Below, in pieces: positions 37,039-47,600 of a DNA stretch of 47,860 bases. The stretch spans positions 1-47,860 of the forward strand of contig JBKJMK010000286.1 of NCBI GenBank assembly GCA_046596005.1. The letters are read 5' to 3'. Source of the DNA: Usitatibacteraceae bacterium. GTDB taxonomy: Bacteria; Pseudomonadota; Gammaproteobacteria; Burkholderiales; Usitatibacteraceae. Positions within the stretch are counted from its first letter, which is position 1; each line of letters starts with the position of its first letter. The translations under genes and the position numbers were made by a program. The notes beneath the pieces are model-generated. The model made no database searches and was not told the DNA's origin. It saw nothing but the letters and a program-made list of their open reading frames with translations.

Positions 37039-38331
37039 TTGAAGCGCTCCTTTAAGCGCCTAACTCTCCCGATGTCATTTACTCCTGCCCAATTCAATAC
37101 GCTGGTCGAAGCGCTGACAATCGTATTGCCCCTCACGTCGCCGGCCGATATTCAGCTGAAGCGATTTTTCAAAGAGCACGCCAAGCTTGGGGTGCGCGAC
37201 CGCGCGATCATCGCCGAAACGGTCTACGCGGTGTTACGACATCGCCGCGCCATCGAAGCTATCGCCACAGACGGGGTGCCGCGCAAAATGGCCTTGCTTG
37301 CACTCACCCGTTATCAGGGGATGAGTTCGCGCGAATTGACGAACGTATTGAAAAAAGCCGAAGTTACCTGGCTTTCCGATAGCAAGTCTTTTGTTCCCAA
37401 GAAGACATCCCTGGGAATTGAAGCCGAACTGCCCGACTGGGTAATAGCGCATCTCAAAACCAGCATGAGCGACAAAGATATTCTGGCGCTTGGTCGCAGC
37501 ATGATGAATCCTGCTCCGCTGGATCTGCGCGTGAATACCGCAAAAGCGAAACGTGACGCTGTCATGAAGCTCCTGCAGCGCGATGGCATCGTTTGTGCCG
37601 CCACGCCATGGTCACCGATAGGTATCCGCCTGGAGACCAAGGTAGCACTGGCGAAGCATCCCGCATTTCTTGAGGGATTCATCGAAGTACAGGACGAAGG
37701 TAGTCAACTGCTCGGCATGCTGATGGAGCCAAAGCGCAGCGAAATGGTTGTCGATTTTTGTGCGGGCGCGGGCGGCAAATCATTGCTACTCGCCGCAATG
37801 ATGGGCTCCACCGGCAGGGTTTACGCGATGGACGTCTCCGAAAAACGGCTCACCAACCTGAGCCCGCGCCTGAAACGCTCAGGCCTGTCTAACGTGATGC
37901 CGCAGAAGCTTGATTCCGAAAACGACGCCAAGATTAAACGCCTGGCAGGCAAGATTGACCGGGTATTGGTCGATGCGCCGTGTACCGGTTTGGGTACGTT
38001 GCGTCGCAACCCCGATCTGAAATATCGGCAATCCGAACAATCCCTCGCTGAACTGAATGTGAAGCAGGCGGCCATCCTGCAGTCAGCAGCGCGGCTGGTG
38101 AAACCGGGTGGCAGACTTGTGTACGCTACTTGCAGTTTTCTCACCGAGGAAAACGAAACTATCGTTGAGGCATTCCTGGCCAAGCACCCCCAATTCAAGC
38201 TCGTTGATGTCAACAAAATTTTCGAGCGCCTGAAAATCCCGATCAAAGACCAGGGCACCTATTTTCGTTTGAGCCCGCAGCAACACGCAACTGACGGTTT
38301 TTTCGCAGCGGTCATGGAACGGACGAAGTAA
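37039..38331 (+). CDS. rsmB: 16S rRNA (cytosine-C5)-methyltransferase RsmB-like
   Basis: 430 aa with an NusB-like N-terminal region, the SAM motif DFCAGAGGKS and the catalytic motifs DAPCTGLGTLRRNPD and YATCSF. The track start is a TTG; ATG 37072 is an alternative. Confidence 0.85.
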   Translation: MKRSFKRLTLPMSFTPAQFNTLVEALTIVLPLTSPADIQLKRFFKEHAKLGVRDRAIIAETVYAVLRHRRAIEAIATDGVPRKMALLALTRYQGMSSRELTNVLKKAEVTWLSDSKSFVPKKTSLGIEAELPDWVIAHLKTSMSDKDILALGRSMMNPAPLDLRVNTAKAKRDAVMKLLQRDGIVCAATPWSPIGIRLETKVALAKHPAFLEGFIEVQDEGSQLLGMLMEPKRSEMVVDFCAGAGGKSLLLAAMMGSTGRVYAMDVSEKRLTNLSPRLKRSGLSNVMPQKLDSENDAKIKRLAGKIDRVLVDAPCTGLGTLRRNPDLKYRQSEQSLAELNVKQAAILQSAARLVKPGGRLVYATCSFLTEENETIVEAFLAKHPQFKLVDVNKIFERLKIPIKDQGTYFRLSPQQHATDGFFAAVMERTK

Positions 38332-38347
38332 TCCTCGACGGGGTTCG

Positions 38348-39667
38348 TTGTCAGTAGTTGTCATTGTGCAAAATTTTTCCCAAAACTTCGATTCGCTAAT
38401 GAGCCAGCTCGGCACACGGCCCGGTTGGATTCAGCTTGGCATCATGTCCGCAGGGTTCTTGTTGGCATGGATACTGGCCCGCCTTGTTCGCGACAAAATC
38501 CCGGACCATCTTGAACCCGGCGCGCTGAAAATTGGTGCGGGTAGCATACAACGCGTAATGTTGCCTCTCCTGGCTCTGGTTTTTATTTGGCTGGGGAAAG
38601 TTGTCTATGCCAAATGGCAGCCCGCGCCGATCCTGAGCGTGGCGGTCCTGCTGTTCGCTTCGTTTGCAGTGATCCGGCTATCACTTTACCTGTCGCGCCA
38701 TCTCTTTCCCGTGAGCCCGCTGTTAAAAGCGTGGGAGCGCGCGATCGCCTATGTCGTTTGGGGCGTCGCAGCCCTGTATCTCACCGGCTTGCTGCCCGAA
38801 ATAGCCGGTGCACTTGATGATGTGAGCTTCCCTGCTGGCAATAGAAAAATCACCATGCTTACGGTGGTGCAGGCGTTGATGTCGTTGCTGCTGACCCTGT
38901 TCATCGCGCTGGCCTTGTCCGTCGCAATTGAAAACCGCGTAATGAAAGCGCAAAGCCTCGACACAAGCATGCGCGTATTCGCGGGAAAGCTGATTCGCGC
39001 GCTTGCCTTTGTGATTGCCATTTTGATTGCGTTGCCGCTCATGGGTATCGATATTACCGTGCTCTCGGTTTTCGGCGGCGCGCTAGGTGTGGGCTTGGGG
39101 CTGGGACTGCAAAAAATCGCAAGCAATTATGTGAGTGGATTCGTCATATTGCTTGACCGTTCAATTCGTCCCGGTGATTTGGTGACGATCGCCGAGCGTC
39201 ACGGTGTGGTTTCAGATATTCGGGCGCGTTATACGGTTGTGCGCGGGCTCGACGGAACTGAGGCGATCATCCCCAACGACAGCATCATCAGTAACATGGT
39301 GCTGAATCACTCGTATTCTGATCGCGTGGTGTCGGTCAAAACGCTCGTGAATATTTCCTATCAGAGTGATGCCGAGCATGCGATGTTGCTGCTGCGCGAA
39401 GCAGGCAAAGCCCAACCGCGAGTGCTGACGACGCCAGAACCGACGGTGTGGATCAAGAGCCTGGGCGAAAATGGCATCGAGCTTGAATTGACCACCTGGA
39501 TACACGATGCAGAGCAGGGGCAAGGATCACTGCGCTCCGATCTATTCGTCGACGTACTACGCGCTTTTCACAAGGCCGGTATCGACATTCCCTGTCCTCA
39601 GCGCGAAATCCGGATCCTGGGCCGGAGTACGCAAGCTGATTTGCAAACGGGCGTTGCCGACGGATAG
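38348..39667 (+). CDS. MscS-family mechanosensitive channel
   Basis: 439 aa, multi-TM, with the pore and beta-domain signature GVGLGLGLQKIASNYVSGFVILLDRSIRPGDLV. Alternative start at ATG 38399. Confidence 0.85.
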   Translation: MSVVVIVQNFSQNFDSLMSQLGTRPGWIQLGIMSAGFLLAWILARLVRDKIPDHLEPGALKIGAGSIQRVMLPLLALVFIWLGKVVYAKWQPAPILSVAVLLFASFAVIRLSLYLSRHLFPVSPLLKAWERAIAYVVWGVAALYLTGLLPEIAGALDDVSFPAGNRKITMLTVVQALMSLLLTLFIALALSVAIENRVMKAQSLDTSMRVFAGKLIRALAFVIAILIALPLMGIDITVLSVFGGALGVGLGLGLQKIASNYVSGFVILLDRSIRPGDLVTIAERHGVVSDIRARYTVVRGLDGTEAIIPNDSIISNMVLNHSYSDRVVSVKTLVNISYQSDAEHAMLLLREAGKAQPRVLTTPEPTVWIKSLGENGIELELTTWIHDAEQGQGSLRSDLFVDVLRAFHKAGIDIPCPQREIRILGRSTQADLQTGVADG

Positions 39668-39780
39668 CTAAAAAAATAATACATTAACGTAATCAATATG
39701 TTAAGTGATTATACTGACGTCAAACTCGATTCAGCGTAAACTGCCCCAATAATAGTTAAATCTTTCTCGCTGGAGCACTC

Positions 39781-40992
39781 TTGTTTAATATTCCCGATTT
39801 TTTCGCGACTGGCCTGATTGCCTTGCCGTGGTGGGGTTACGTCGTCGTGACGCTTGTGGTCACCCACATCACGATTGCGGCCGTTACCATCTTTTTGCAT
39901 CGCGCACAGGCGCATCGTGGCTTGGATCTGCACGCCATCCCTAGTCACTTCTTTCGTTTCTGGCTATGGCTCACCACGGGGCAAGTGACCAAGGAATGGG
40001 TATCCATTCATCGCAAGCATCACGCCAAATGCGAGACCGCCGAAGACCCGCACAGTCCGCAGATTTATGGGATCAAAAAAGTAGTTACGCAGGGCGCGGA
40101 GCTTTATCGTATCGAGTCCAGGAAGTCGGAGACGATGGAAAAATACGGCCACGGCACGCCGGACGACTGGATCGAGCGCAACGTTTATGCCGCGTTTAGC
40201 TGGCAGGGTGTTGGACTGATGCTTGTCACCAACCTCATTTTGTTTGGGCCAATCGGCGCAACAATTTGGGCGTTCCAGATGACCTGGATCCCCTTTCATG
40301 CGGCAGGCATCATCAACGGTGTAGGCCACTATTGGGGTTATCGCCATTACACTGTCAACGACACCAGCACCAATATTACGCCCATCGCATTCTGGATCGG
40401 CGGCGAAGAATTGCATAATAATCATCATGCGTTCCCAACATCCGCGCGCTTTTCAATGCGTTGGTACGAATTTGATCTGGGTTGGCTCTATATCAACATC
40501 CTGTCGTTGCTGGGTCTGGCAAAGGTCAAGAAGGTTGCCCCCCGCCCGCGTTTTGACATGAACAAAATGGTTTGCGACGCGGAAACACTGCACGCTGTCA
40601 TCGCACATCGCTACGAGATTGTCACCAAGTACACTCGTACGCTGAAATCAACCTGTGCGGCCGAAATCAGTCGCCTGCGCGCAGATGGTGTGGCCTCTTC
40701 GCTCACGAGTTTGCGCGAAGGCAAAGCTGTGAAGCGTTTCAGGCAGTGGCTCAAAATTGAGGCTGATCAGCTAACAGCCGAACAACGTGCGACATTGAGT
40801 GAAACTTTTCAGCACAGTTCGGTATTGGAAACCGTTTACTCGTTCCGGCAGGATCTTGCCAAGCTCTGGGAGCGTTCTACGCTTTCAAAGGAAGAGCTGG
40901 TCGCAAAGTTAGAAGACTGGTGCAAGCGGGCAGAGGCCACGGGTATTGCGCAGTTGCAGCAGTTTTCGCGGCAGTTGCGAAGCTACGCATAG
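39781..40992 (+). CDS. Membrane fatty-acid (acyl-CoA/acyl-lipid delta-9 type) desaturase
   Basis: 403 aa with a TTG start. It has His boxes HRAQAH, HRKHHAKCE and HNNHHAFP and a long helical C-terminal extension. Confidence 0.82.
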   Translation: MFNIPDFFATGLIALPWWGYVVVTLVVTHITIAAVTIFLHRAQAHRGLDLHAIPSHFFRFWLWLTTGQVTKEWVSIHRKHHAKCETAEDPHSPQIYGIKKVVTQGAELYRIESRKSETMEKYGHGTPDDWIERNVYAAFSWQGVGLMLVTNLILFGPIGATIWAFQMTWIPFHAAGIINGVGHYWGYRHYTVNDTSTNITPIAFWIGGEELHNNHHAFPTSARFSMRWYEFDLGWLYINILSLLGLAKVKKVAPRPRFDMNKMVCDAETLHAVIAHRYEIVTKYTRTLKSTCAAEISRLRADGVASSLTSLREGKAVKRFRQWLKIEADQLTAEQRATLSETFQHSSVLETVYSFRQDLAKLWERSTLSKEELVAKLEDWCKRAEATGIAQLQQFSRQLRSYA

Positions 40993-41013
40993 CGTTACGC
41001 CAACATACGAAAT

Positions 41014-41041
41014 AAAAACGCCCGCGATTGCGGGCGTTTTT
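41014..41041. terminator. Bidirectional intrinsic terminator (desaturase / rpmG)
   Basis: AAAAA-CGCCCGC-GATT-GCGGGCG-TTTTT lies between convergent genes. Confidence 0.85.
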
Positions 41042-41078
41042 ATTTGCTAGTTTTTTTTCTTACTTATTCATTCAAAAC

Positions 41079-41234
41079 TTATTTTAACTTCGTCTCTTTG
41101 TATGCGACATGTTTGCGAGCCTTGGGATCAAATTTCATGATCTCCATTTTTTCCGGCATGGTTTTCTTGTTTTTGGTGGTCGTGTAAAAGTGACCGGTAC
41201 CGGCGGTCGATTCGAGTTTGATTTTTTCTCTCAT
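41079..41234 (-). CDS. rpmG: 50S ribosomal protein L33
   Basis: Below the ORF-track size cut-off. The reverse complement from ATG 41234 reads [51 protein letters not shown], then a stop. Confidence 0.92.
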   Translation of the reverse strand: MREKIKLESTAGTGHFYTTTKNKKTMPEKMEIMKFDPKARKHVAYKETKLK

Positions 41235-41247
41235 GATTCCGCGCTCC

Positions 41248-41484
41248 TTAGATGGCTACGCCACTGGCGCGCAAATCTTTTAGAACAGCATCAATGCCAT
41301 TCTTGTCGATCGTGCGAAGGCCAGCGTTGGTCAGACGCAAACGTATCCAACGGTTTTCAGATTCGACCCAAAAACGACGGTACTGCAGATTCGGCAGAAA
41401 TCGACGCTTGGTTTTATTATTTGCGTGGGAAACATTGTTGCCCACCATTGGAGCTTTCCCCGTTACTTGGCAAACGCGTGCCAT
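41248..41484 (-). CDS. rpmB: 50S ribosomal protein L28
   Basis: The internal ATG at 41484 gives [51 protein letters not shown]... (78 aa). Confidence 0.93.
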   Translation of the reverse strand: MARVCQVTGKAPMVGNNVSHANNKTKRRFLPNLQYRRFWVESENRWIRLRLTNAGLRTIDKNGIDAVLKDLRASGVAI

Positions 41485-41593
41485 AGTGCACCTCATTAAA
41501 CTGTTAAAAACGCGGACCGAAAATACCGGTTCCATTAATTGTTGGTTCCTGCCAACGGCATGAAATCCAGATACTCACCAAGGACAGCCAAAA

Positions 41594-41622
41594 ATTATAC
41601 CAAAACCAGGTACTTGCCGCAA
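41594..41622 (-). promoter_or_regulatory. Sigma70-type promoter of rpmB-rpmG
   Basis: On the minus strand, TTGCGG - 17 nt - TATAAT with an extended TG (TGGTATAAT), about 110 nt upstream of the rpmB ATG. Confidence 0.55.
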
Positions 41623-41658
41623 CCACACCGTTGTCTTACCCGCTGTTTCGTCGCCAGA

Positions 41659-42336
41659 TCAATTAAGCATGCCCTGCTCTGCAAACGACAGCGAAGCGCC
41701 GGGCGCGACGATGAAATGATCCAGCACCCGTACATCAACCAGTGCGAGCGCTTCAGCGAGCGCTTTTGTCAGTGAGCGATCCGCTGCGCTGGGATTGGCT
41801 TCTCCAGATGGATGGTTATGCGCCAAAATCACCGAGCCTGCATTGTGAGCAAGTGCTCGCTTAACGATCTCGCGCGGATATACGCTGGTTTGTGTCAGGG
41901 TTCCTCGAAACAACTCATCGATGGCAATGACGCGGTTTTGTGCAGTCAGGAACACGGCAACAAAGACTTCGTGCGGCAGGCGCGACAACGTCATCCGTAA
42001 ATAATCGCGGACGGCTTGAGGAGAATTGAGCGCGTCGGATTTCAAGACCTCCTCCTCGAGCGCCCGGCGACCCATTTCAAGTACCGCCTGGAGTTGCACG
42101 TACTTGGCAGGCCCCACGCCATTGACTGCGCACAATTGGGCCTCACTTGCCGAGAAGAGGCCAGCGAGATTGCCAAATTTAAGGACTAACTCGCGGGCCA
42201 GGTCAACCGCACTTTTTCCCTTAACACCGACCCTCAGGAATATTGCGAGCAATTCTGCGTCGGATAGCGCTTTCGCGCCCTGTTTCAACAAGCGCTCGCG
42301 GGGGCGCTCGTCTTCAGGCCATTCTGTGATTGCCAT
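41659..42336 (-). CDS. radC: RadC-like JAB-domain protein (UPF0758/YicR)
   Basis: 225 aa with an HhH region ([10 protein letters not shown]) and the JAMM motif ILAHNHPSG. It shows the conserved rpmBG-radC / coaBC-dut synteny. Confidence 0.88.
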   Translation of the reverse strand: MAITEWPEDERPRERLLKQGAKALSDAELLAIFLRVGVKGKSAVDLARELVLKFGNLAGLFSASEAQLCAVNGVGPAKYVQLQAVLEMGRRALEEEVLKSDALNSPQAVRDYLRMTLSRLPHEVFVAVFLTAQNRVIAIDELFRGTLTQTSVYPREIVKRALAHNAGSVILAHNHPSGEANPSAADRSLTKALAEALALVDVRVLDHFIVAPGASLSFAEQGMLN

Positions 42337-42367
42337 GTTTTTGAATGATCCTGTGTAAAATAATCAG

Positions 42368-43612
42368 ATGGTGACGAAAACAGCAAAAAAAATTGATCGG
42401 ATAGTGCTCGGCATTACAGGCGGCATTGCTGCCTATAAGTCCGCTGAATTAACCCGCCTGCTTAAGAACGCGAACATCGACGTGCAGGTCGTGATGACTA
42501 ATGCGGGTGCCAAATTTATCACGCCGATCACGATGCAAGCCTTGTCCGGCAATCCTGTATTCATGGATGCGTGGGATAACCGGATCGACAATAACATGGC
42601 GCATATCGAATTATCCCGCACTGCAGACGCCATTCTGGTCGCCCCGGCCAGCGCGGATTTTCTCGCCAAACTCGCCAACGGCCTCGCTGACGACTTGCTT
42701 TCAACGTTGGCCCTTGCCCGCCAGCCGACATGCACGTTACTGGTGGCACCCGCGATGAACCGGGAAATGTGGGAAAACCCCGCTACCCAGCGCAATATCG
42801 CGCAGCTTGTTGCCGATGGCGTCAAAGTGTTGGGTCCAAGCGAAGGCGACCAGGCGTGCGGTGAAACGGGGCTGGGCCGCATGCTCGAGCCGGGCACTTT
42901 GCTAGCCGCCATACTGGGCCTGTATACGCCAAAATCACTTGCGGGAAGACATGCGCTGGTGACCGCCGGACCCACCTTTGAATGCATCGATCCCGTTCGC
43001 GGCATTACCAATGCCAGTTCCGGCAAGATGGGTTACGCGATTGCACAGGCGCTCATCGACGCGGGCGCAGACGTGACACTGGTGAGCGGGCCCACCTCAC
43101 TAACACCTCCCCCTGTGGCTAGTTTTGTTGCAGTGAGCTCAGCTTCGGAGATGTTAGACGCTGTAATGCAACATTTGACCGAAGTTGACATGTTTTTTAG
43201 CGTAGCGGCGGTATCGGATTACACCCCGGCCACACCAAAACCCCATAAAATCAAGAAATCCACTGAAAAATTAACGCTTGACCTTGTACCAACGGTGGAC
43301 ATCCTGTCTTGGGTCGCGGCCCAACCGCATACGCCGTTTTGTGTCGGCTTTGCGGCAGAAACCGAGAACGTCGTCGAATATGCGCGTAAAAAACGTGAAA
43401 AAAAGAAAATTCCCATGATTGTCGCCAATCTTGCCACCGCAGCAATCGGCGCTGACGACAATGAGGTGACGATTGTGGACGAAAGCGGGGATTACCCGAT
43501 CTCCAAGGGTAGCAAAATGGACGTTGCGCGCATCATTGTTGATCACGCCACCAAACTCCTGATAGCGCAGGGTCCCAAACGAGCGAATTTAAAGCCTGTC
43601 AAAAATGCATAA
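42368..43612 (+). CDS. coaBC: Bifunctional phosphopantothenoylcysteine decarboxylase / phosphopantothenate-cysteine ligase
   Basis: 414 aa with the flavoprotein N-domain [11 protein letters not shown]...PAMN and the CoaB domain [10 protein letters not shown]. Confidence 0.92.
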   Translation: MVTKTAKKIDRIVLGITGGIAAYKSAELTRLLKNANIDVQVVMTNAGAKFITPITMQALSGNPVFMDAWDNRIDNNMAHIELSRTADAILVAPASADFLAKLANGLADDLLSTLALARQPTCTLLVAPAMNREMWENPATQRNIAQLVADGVKVLGPSEGDQACGETGLGRMLEPGTLLAAILGLYTPKSLAGRHALVTAGPTFECIDPVRGITNASSGKMGYAIAQALIDAGADVTLVSGPTSLTPPPVASFVAVSSASEMLDAVMQHLTEVDMFFSVAAVSDYTPATPKPHKIKKSTEKLTLDLVPTVDILSWVAAQPHTPFCVGFAAETENVVEYARKKREKKKIPMIVANLATAAIGADDNEVTIVDESGDYPISKGSKMDVARIIVDHATKLLIAQGPKRANLKPVKNA

Positions 43613-44054
43613 GCTTGACGTACGCATCCTCGACGCCAGGCTTCTCGAACAGCTTCCGCATTACGCGACGCCGGGCTCGGCTGGCCTGGATCTGCGCGCC
43701 TGCCTCGATGTGCCCGTCACGCTCAAGCCCGGTGAAACGACTTTGATCCCGTCCGGGATTGCGATTCATCTGGGGAGCCCTAAATACGCGGCGATGGTAT
43801 TGCCTCGCTCGGGTTTGGGACACAAGCACGGCATCGTACTGGGAAATCTTGTCGGCCTGATCGACTCCGATTACCAGGGGCAAATCTTTGTCTCGGTCTG
43901 GAATCGGGGGCAGTCGGAATTCACGATCCAGCCGATGGAACGTATTGCCCAGATGATTGTAGTGCCCGTGTTGCAAGTTGAATTTAACGTCGTTCCCGAT
44001 TTCGTTGCGTCTGCGCGCGGCGAAGGCGGGTTCGGCAGTACCGGCAAAAAGTAG
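43605..44054 (+). CDS. dut: dUTP diphosphatase
   Basis: 149 aa with the motifs [18 protein letters not shown] and [10 protein letters not shown]. It overlaps the coaBC end by 8 nt. Confidence 0.95.
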   Translation: MHKLDVRILDARLLEQLPHYATPGSAGLDLRACLDVPVTLKPGETTLIPSGIAIHLGSPKYAAMVLPRSGLGHKHGIVLGNLVGLIDSDYQGQIFVSVWNRGQSEFTIQPMERIAQMIVVPVLQVEFNVVPDFVASARGEGGFGSTGKK

Positions 44055-44132
44055 GCGTGGTGCGCGCGACAAACGTTACGGTTAGACATTGCGCTTCCAA
44101 CTCCACGTTACTATTTTTATAAGCCCTGCCTT

Positions 44133-44627
44133 ATGATGATCACAAGTTATCGTCGCCACCTTGCCATGGTACTCGCGGCCTTCGTTTTGTTGGTTTCAAC
44201 AAACGTGCCTGCTACCACGCCTACTTTCCCGGAAGGCAAACCCCAGAGCGGTCTTGCAATCATCGTCCTCAAGGTCGGTAGCCAAAGCGTGCGCGCCGCT
44301 GTTGCCAATACGGAAGCCACCCGGCAAGTCGGGCTGATGTTTCGGCAAAAAATGGGAAAACAGGAAGGAATGCTGTTCGTCTTTCCGGAAATTGGCTATC
44401 ACGCGATGTGGATGCGAAACACACTAATTCCGTTATCCGTTGCATACATGAACGAGCGCGGCATGATTCTCTCCGTTCATGAAATGCAGGCACTCACGGA
44501 AACGTCGCACCAATCTGCCGGGCCGGCGCGCTACGCCCTGGAAATGAATGCAGGCTGGTTCACATCGAACAAAATCAGCGTAGGCGATACGATCAAAGGC
44601 CTGGAAAAAGCGCCCAAGCCTCAATGA
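44133..44627 (+). CDS. DUF192 domain protein (secreted)
   Basis: 164 aa with an N-terminal signal-like segment and the core GLMFRQKMGKQEGMLFVFPE...MWMRNTLIPLSVAYM, typical of DUF192. Confidence 0.75.
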   Translation: MMITSYRRHLAMVLAAFVLLVSTNVPATTPTFPEGKPQSGLAIIVLKVGSQSVRAAVANTEATRQVGLMFRQKMGKQEGMLFVFPEIGYHAMWMRNTLIPLSVAYMNERGMILSVHEMQALTETSHQSAGPARYALEMNAGWFTSNKISVGDTIKGLEKAPKPQ

Positions 44628-44644
44628 GGTTCGCGCCTTTTCCG

Positions 44645-47600
44645 CTACCGTTTGTGTTTCCACGCCCACTCCCGCCAGCCTTTGAGCATCGGGAAATATA
44701 AGCCCAGCCGGATCGATTTCGATGGCGATGAACCTGACATCGCGCTCAGTATCGTCGCGTAAGTTTCCAGCTGTGCGGCATAGCGTTTTTGTTCATTGTC
44801 CAGAAACGTGTCGGGATCGCCGCCCTCGTGACTTCCGGTTTTGAAGTCGACGATCCAGCGTACGTTCTGGTCATCGATAAACGTGCGGTCGATGGCAATG
44901 TCCATCAACGCGCCATGCTGCATACCTGTCAGTCGCCATTCCGCGCGAGCGTGTTCGTGCGGCTGCAGTGTCCAACGCCCCCGGCCATCAGCGAGGGTAT
45001 TATTCAGTGCGTCAGCCACTTTCGATGTTGCGAAAGTCAACTCCTCGGCAGCAACCCCGCGTCGAGCAAGCTCTCGCTCAAGGGTCGGCATCATGGCCGC
45101 GATACGCTCATCGTTCCAGGCTGCGACGCCCTCTTCCGCGATCCTCTGCAAACAGGCGTGCACGACACTGCCAATATGGCGCGCCGCTTCGCTCGCCCAC
45201 TCAAAATCAATAGCGATTTCGTCATTCGACTGGCGTTGACTGTCGCTTAGTGCTTGAACAGAAATTGCATCCGGCATGGCGGGTAGCGGCTGCGTTCGGG
45301 TAAGTCGCATCGGCCCATGCGGCGGACGCGCCACAGGTACCAAGGCGTCCGGTAGTGTTGGCGCATGGGATTCGGCAGGCGCGGCGTGCCAGTCATCCCA
45401 AAGTGCTGCTGCGACGGCAGGCCACAAGGCCGCGAGCAGTGTATCTGCGCGCGGTGGGGAAAACATCTCCATGCCATCGCCAACGACGTCATCAGCCTTC
45501 ACATGGACGGCGCCGAGCAAATGCAATCGTCGCTCAGCCCGGGTGGCAGCAACGTATAGCAACCTGACGTACTCGTGTTGCTGCTTCTCGCGCTCCTGGG
45601 TGAGTACGTAGCGATAAATGGCGTCCGACTCGACATCCTCTTCAGCACCCGTCTCGCGGATTGGCGCCAGCAATAATTCACGCGCGCCGGTCTCCGGGTT
45701 TGGATGCTCGGTCCAGACAATTAACTTACTGTCATCACGACGCGCCGCGCGATGCAATCCAGGCACGATCACGGTATCGAATTCGAGGCCCTTGGCCTTG
45801 TGAATGGTCATGATCTGCACGGGTGGAACGACTTCATCAATATCAGCTTCACTCGTACCCGCAAACAGTTTATCCACGCGGCGCTCAAGCGCATTCAGGT
45901 CAATCAACTGTCCGCCGCTCGCCTGCGCCTGTGTTTCCGCTTTCAGCAACGCGAGCAGCAGCGCGACATCGGTCAAGTCACTTTCGTCCCGCAGACAAGC
46001 CGGGCCGCGTAATCGGAGCCAGGTACCTTCAACCGCGTCACTCAACGGCATGCGGCCACGCAGTTCGAGTGCTGGGGTGAGCGCATCGCAAACTTGCTTT
46101 ACCCGAACCTGACCGTCGTCAGACATCGCCGCCAGGCAAGTGTCGTCATTGAGCAATTCCCAAACCGTCCGCGTTTCCAGCGTGAGCACGCCATCAACCG
46201 GTACGGCACCCTTCATGAGAAGCGCAAGATCGCGCAGGGTTAGACCGCACCAGGGCGCACGCAACAGCGCCAACCAGGCGATACGATCGCCCGGATGCAA
46301 CAACGCCCGCGTGAGCGAAAGCAAATCCTGCACAACCGGCCGCGTATTGAGCGGATCAATATCCACGGCGCGAAACGTAATATTTGCAGCTTTAAGCGCG
46401 GGCACTATCTCGCGCAGATGTCCGCGGTTACGCACCAGAACAGCGATGACCGCGTCCGGTTTCTCGCGGCGCGTGGACACAATAATATTGACGACTCGAC
46501 CGGCTTCCTCAATATCGGCCAGCCGTGCCTCCTCCATTGCGCTGCGCGCCGCTATGGTCGCCGTCTTTCTCAGCCAGCATGGATACAGCGTCACCCCTGG
46601 CTGACTTGACCCGCCATCACCAGGTTCCTCTTCCGCTGCGAACGCCACGCTGGACGCGTAGGGAACCGCGCCGGTGGTCGAATCCTCGTTGGCAGGCATC
46701 AGTTTCGTGAATGTACTGTTCACCCACTTGACCACCCCTGCGCAGGACCGGAAATTTACGCTCAATGCCAACGGGTTCAATTGCACACCGCCAAGACCAT
46801 CCCGCCACGCCCGCGAAAACAAACTAACTTCTGCTTCGCGAAAACGATAGATCGATTGCATCGGATCGCCCACCAGAAACAGGGTCCTGCCATCGCCATC
46901 ACTCCAGCCACGTGTCAATTTTTCGAGCAACTCAAATTGCGCGAATGACGTGTCCTGAAATTCATCGACCAGCAAATGACTGAGCCGATAGTCCAGCGCA
47001 AGCGCAAGGTCGGTTGGGGCATCATCGTAGCCGAGGGCACGCGAAGCTGCCTCGGCGATTTCGGTAAAGTCGCATTGCCCCAGTCGGCTAAACACGTTCC
47101 ACAATGAGGCAATGGCGTGCGGCAACAAACGTACGATGGCACCCAAAATTTGCCACTGACTCTCGCTGTAACCAGCCGACGGCAGCGAACGCAATTGATG
47201 AAGTGCGGCAGCCGTCGCGGTGGCCGTTGGTGCTGATTCTGTGAGCGACGCGAGCAAACTGGTCATGCGATTTTTTTGTGCGCTAAGCCGTGCTTTTTCA
47301 TCTTTGCCGACACCGACCGGGAAACCCTGATTCTTGGTGACGATTTTTCGCCACGATCCTGCCTTGGTCAGCAACAGTTCGACGAGCGCAAGCCAGGCCG
47401 GCAACGAGGCGACATCCCCATCCGGAAATGTCGTCAGACCACTCAAATGGGAAAGTTGTTTATCCACGGGCATCGCAGACAAGTTTTGCCCGGAGATCCG
47501 CGCCAGTGCTAGAGTTTCACTTTTGTGTTCCGCTGGAAATACGGCGGCGACGCGCGCCGTCCCTTGCGCACGTACCCTCACCAGCGTCGCCTCCAGCATC

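Noticed and set aside
41485-41593. Hairpin plus U-run (minus strand GGAACCGGUAUUUUCGGUCC-GCG-UUUUU, 41506-41533) in the rpmB leader as an r-protein autoregulatory attenuator
   Set aside because: The stem is short (6 bp with a bulge) and the U-run is separated from it. I cannot match it to a known ribosomal leader from memory. It needs comparative analysis before being called.
1070-47142. Other TGGCAC hexamers (e.g. near 1070, 3046, 14177, 25197, 27258, 42744, 47137) as sigma54 promoters
   Set aside because: None has TTGC at the required 5-nt spacing, and most lie inside coding regions.
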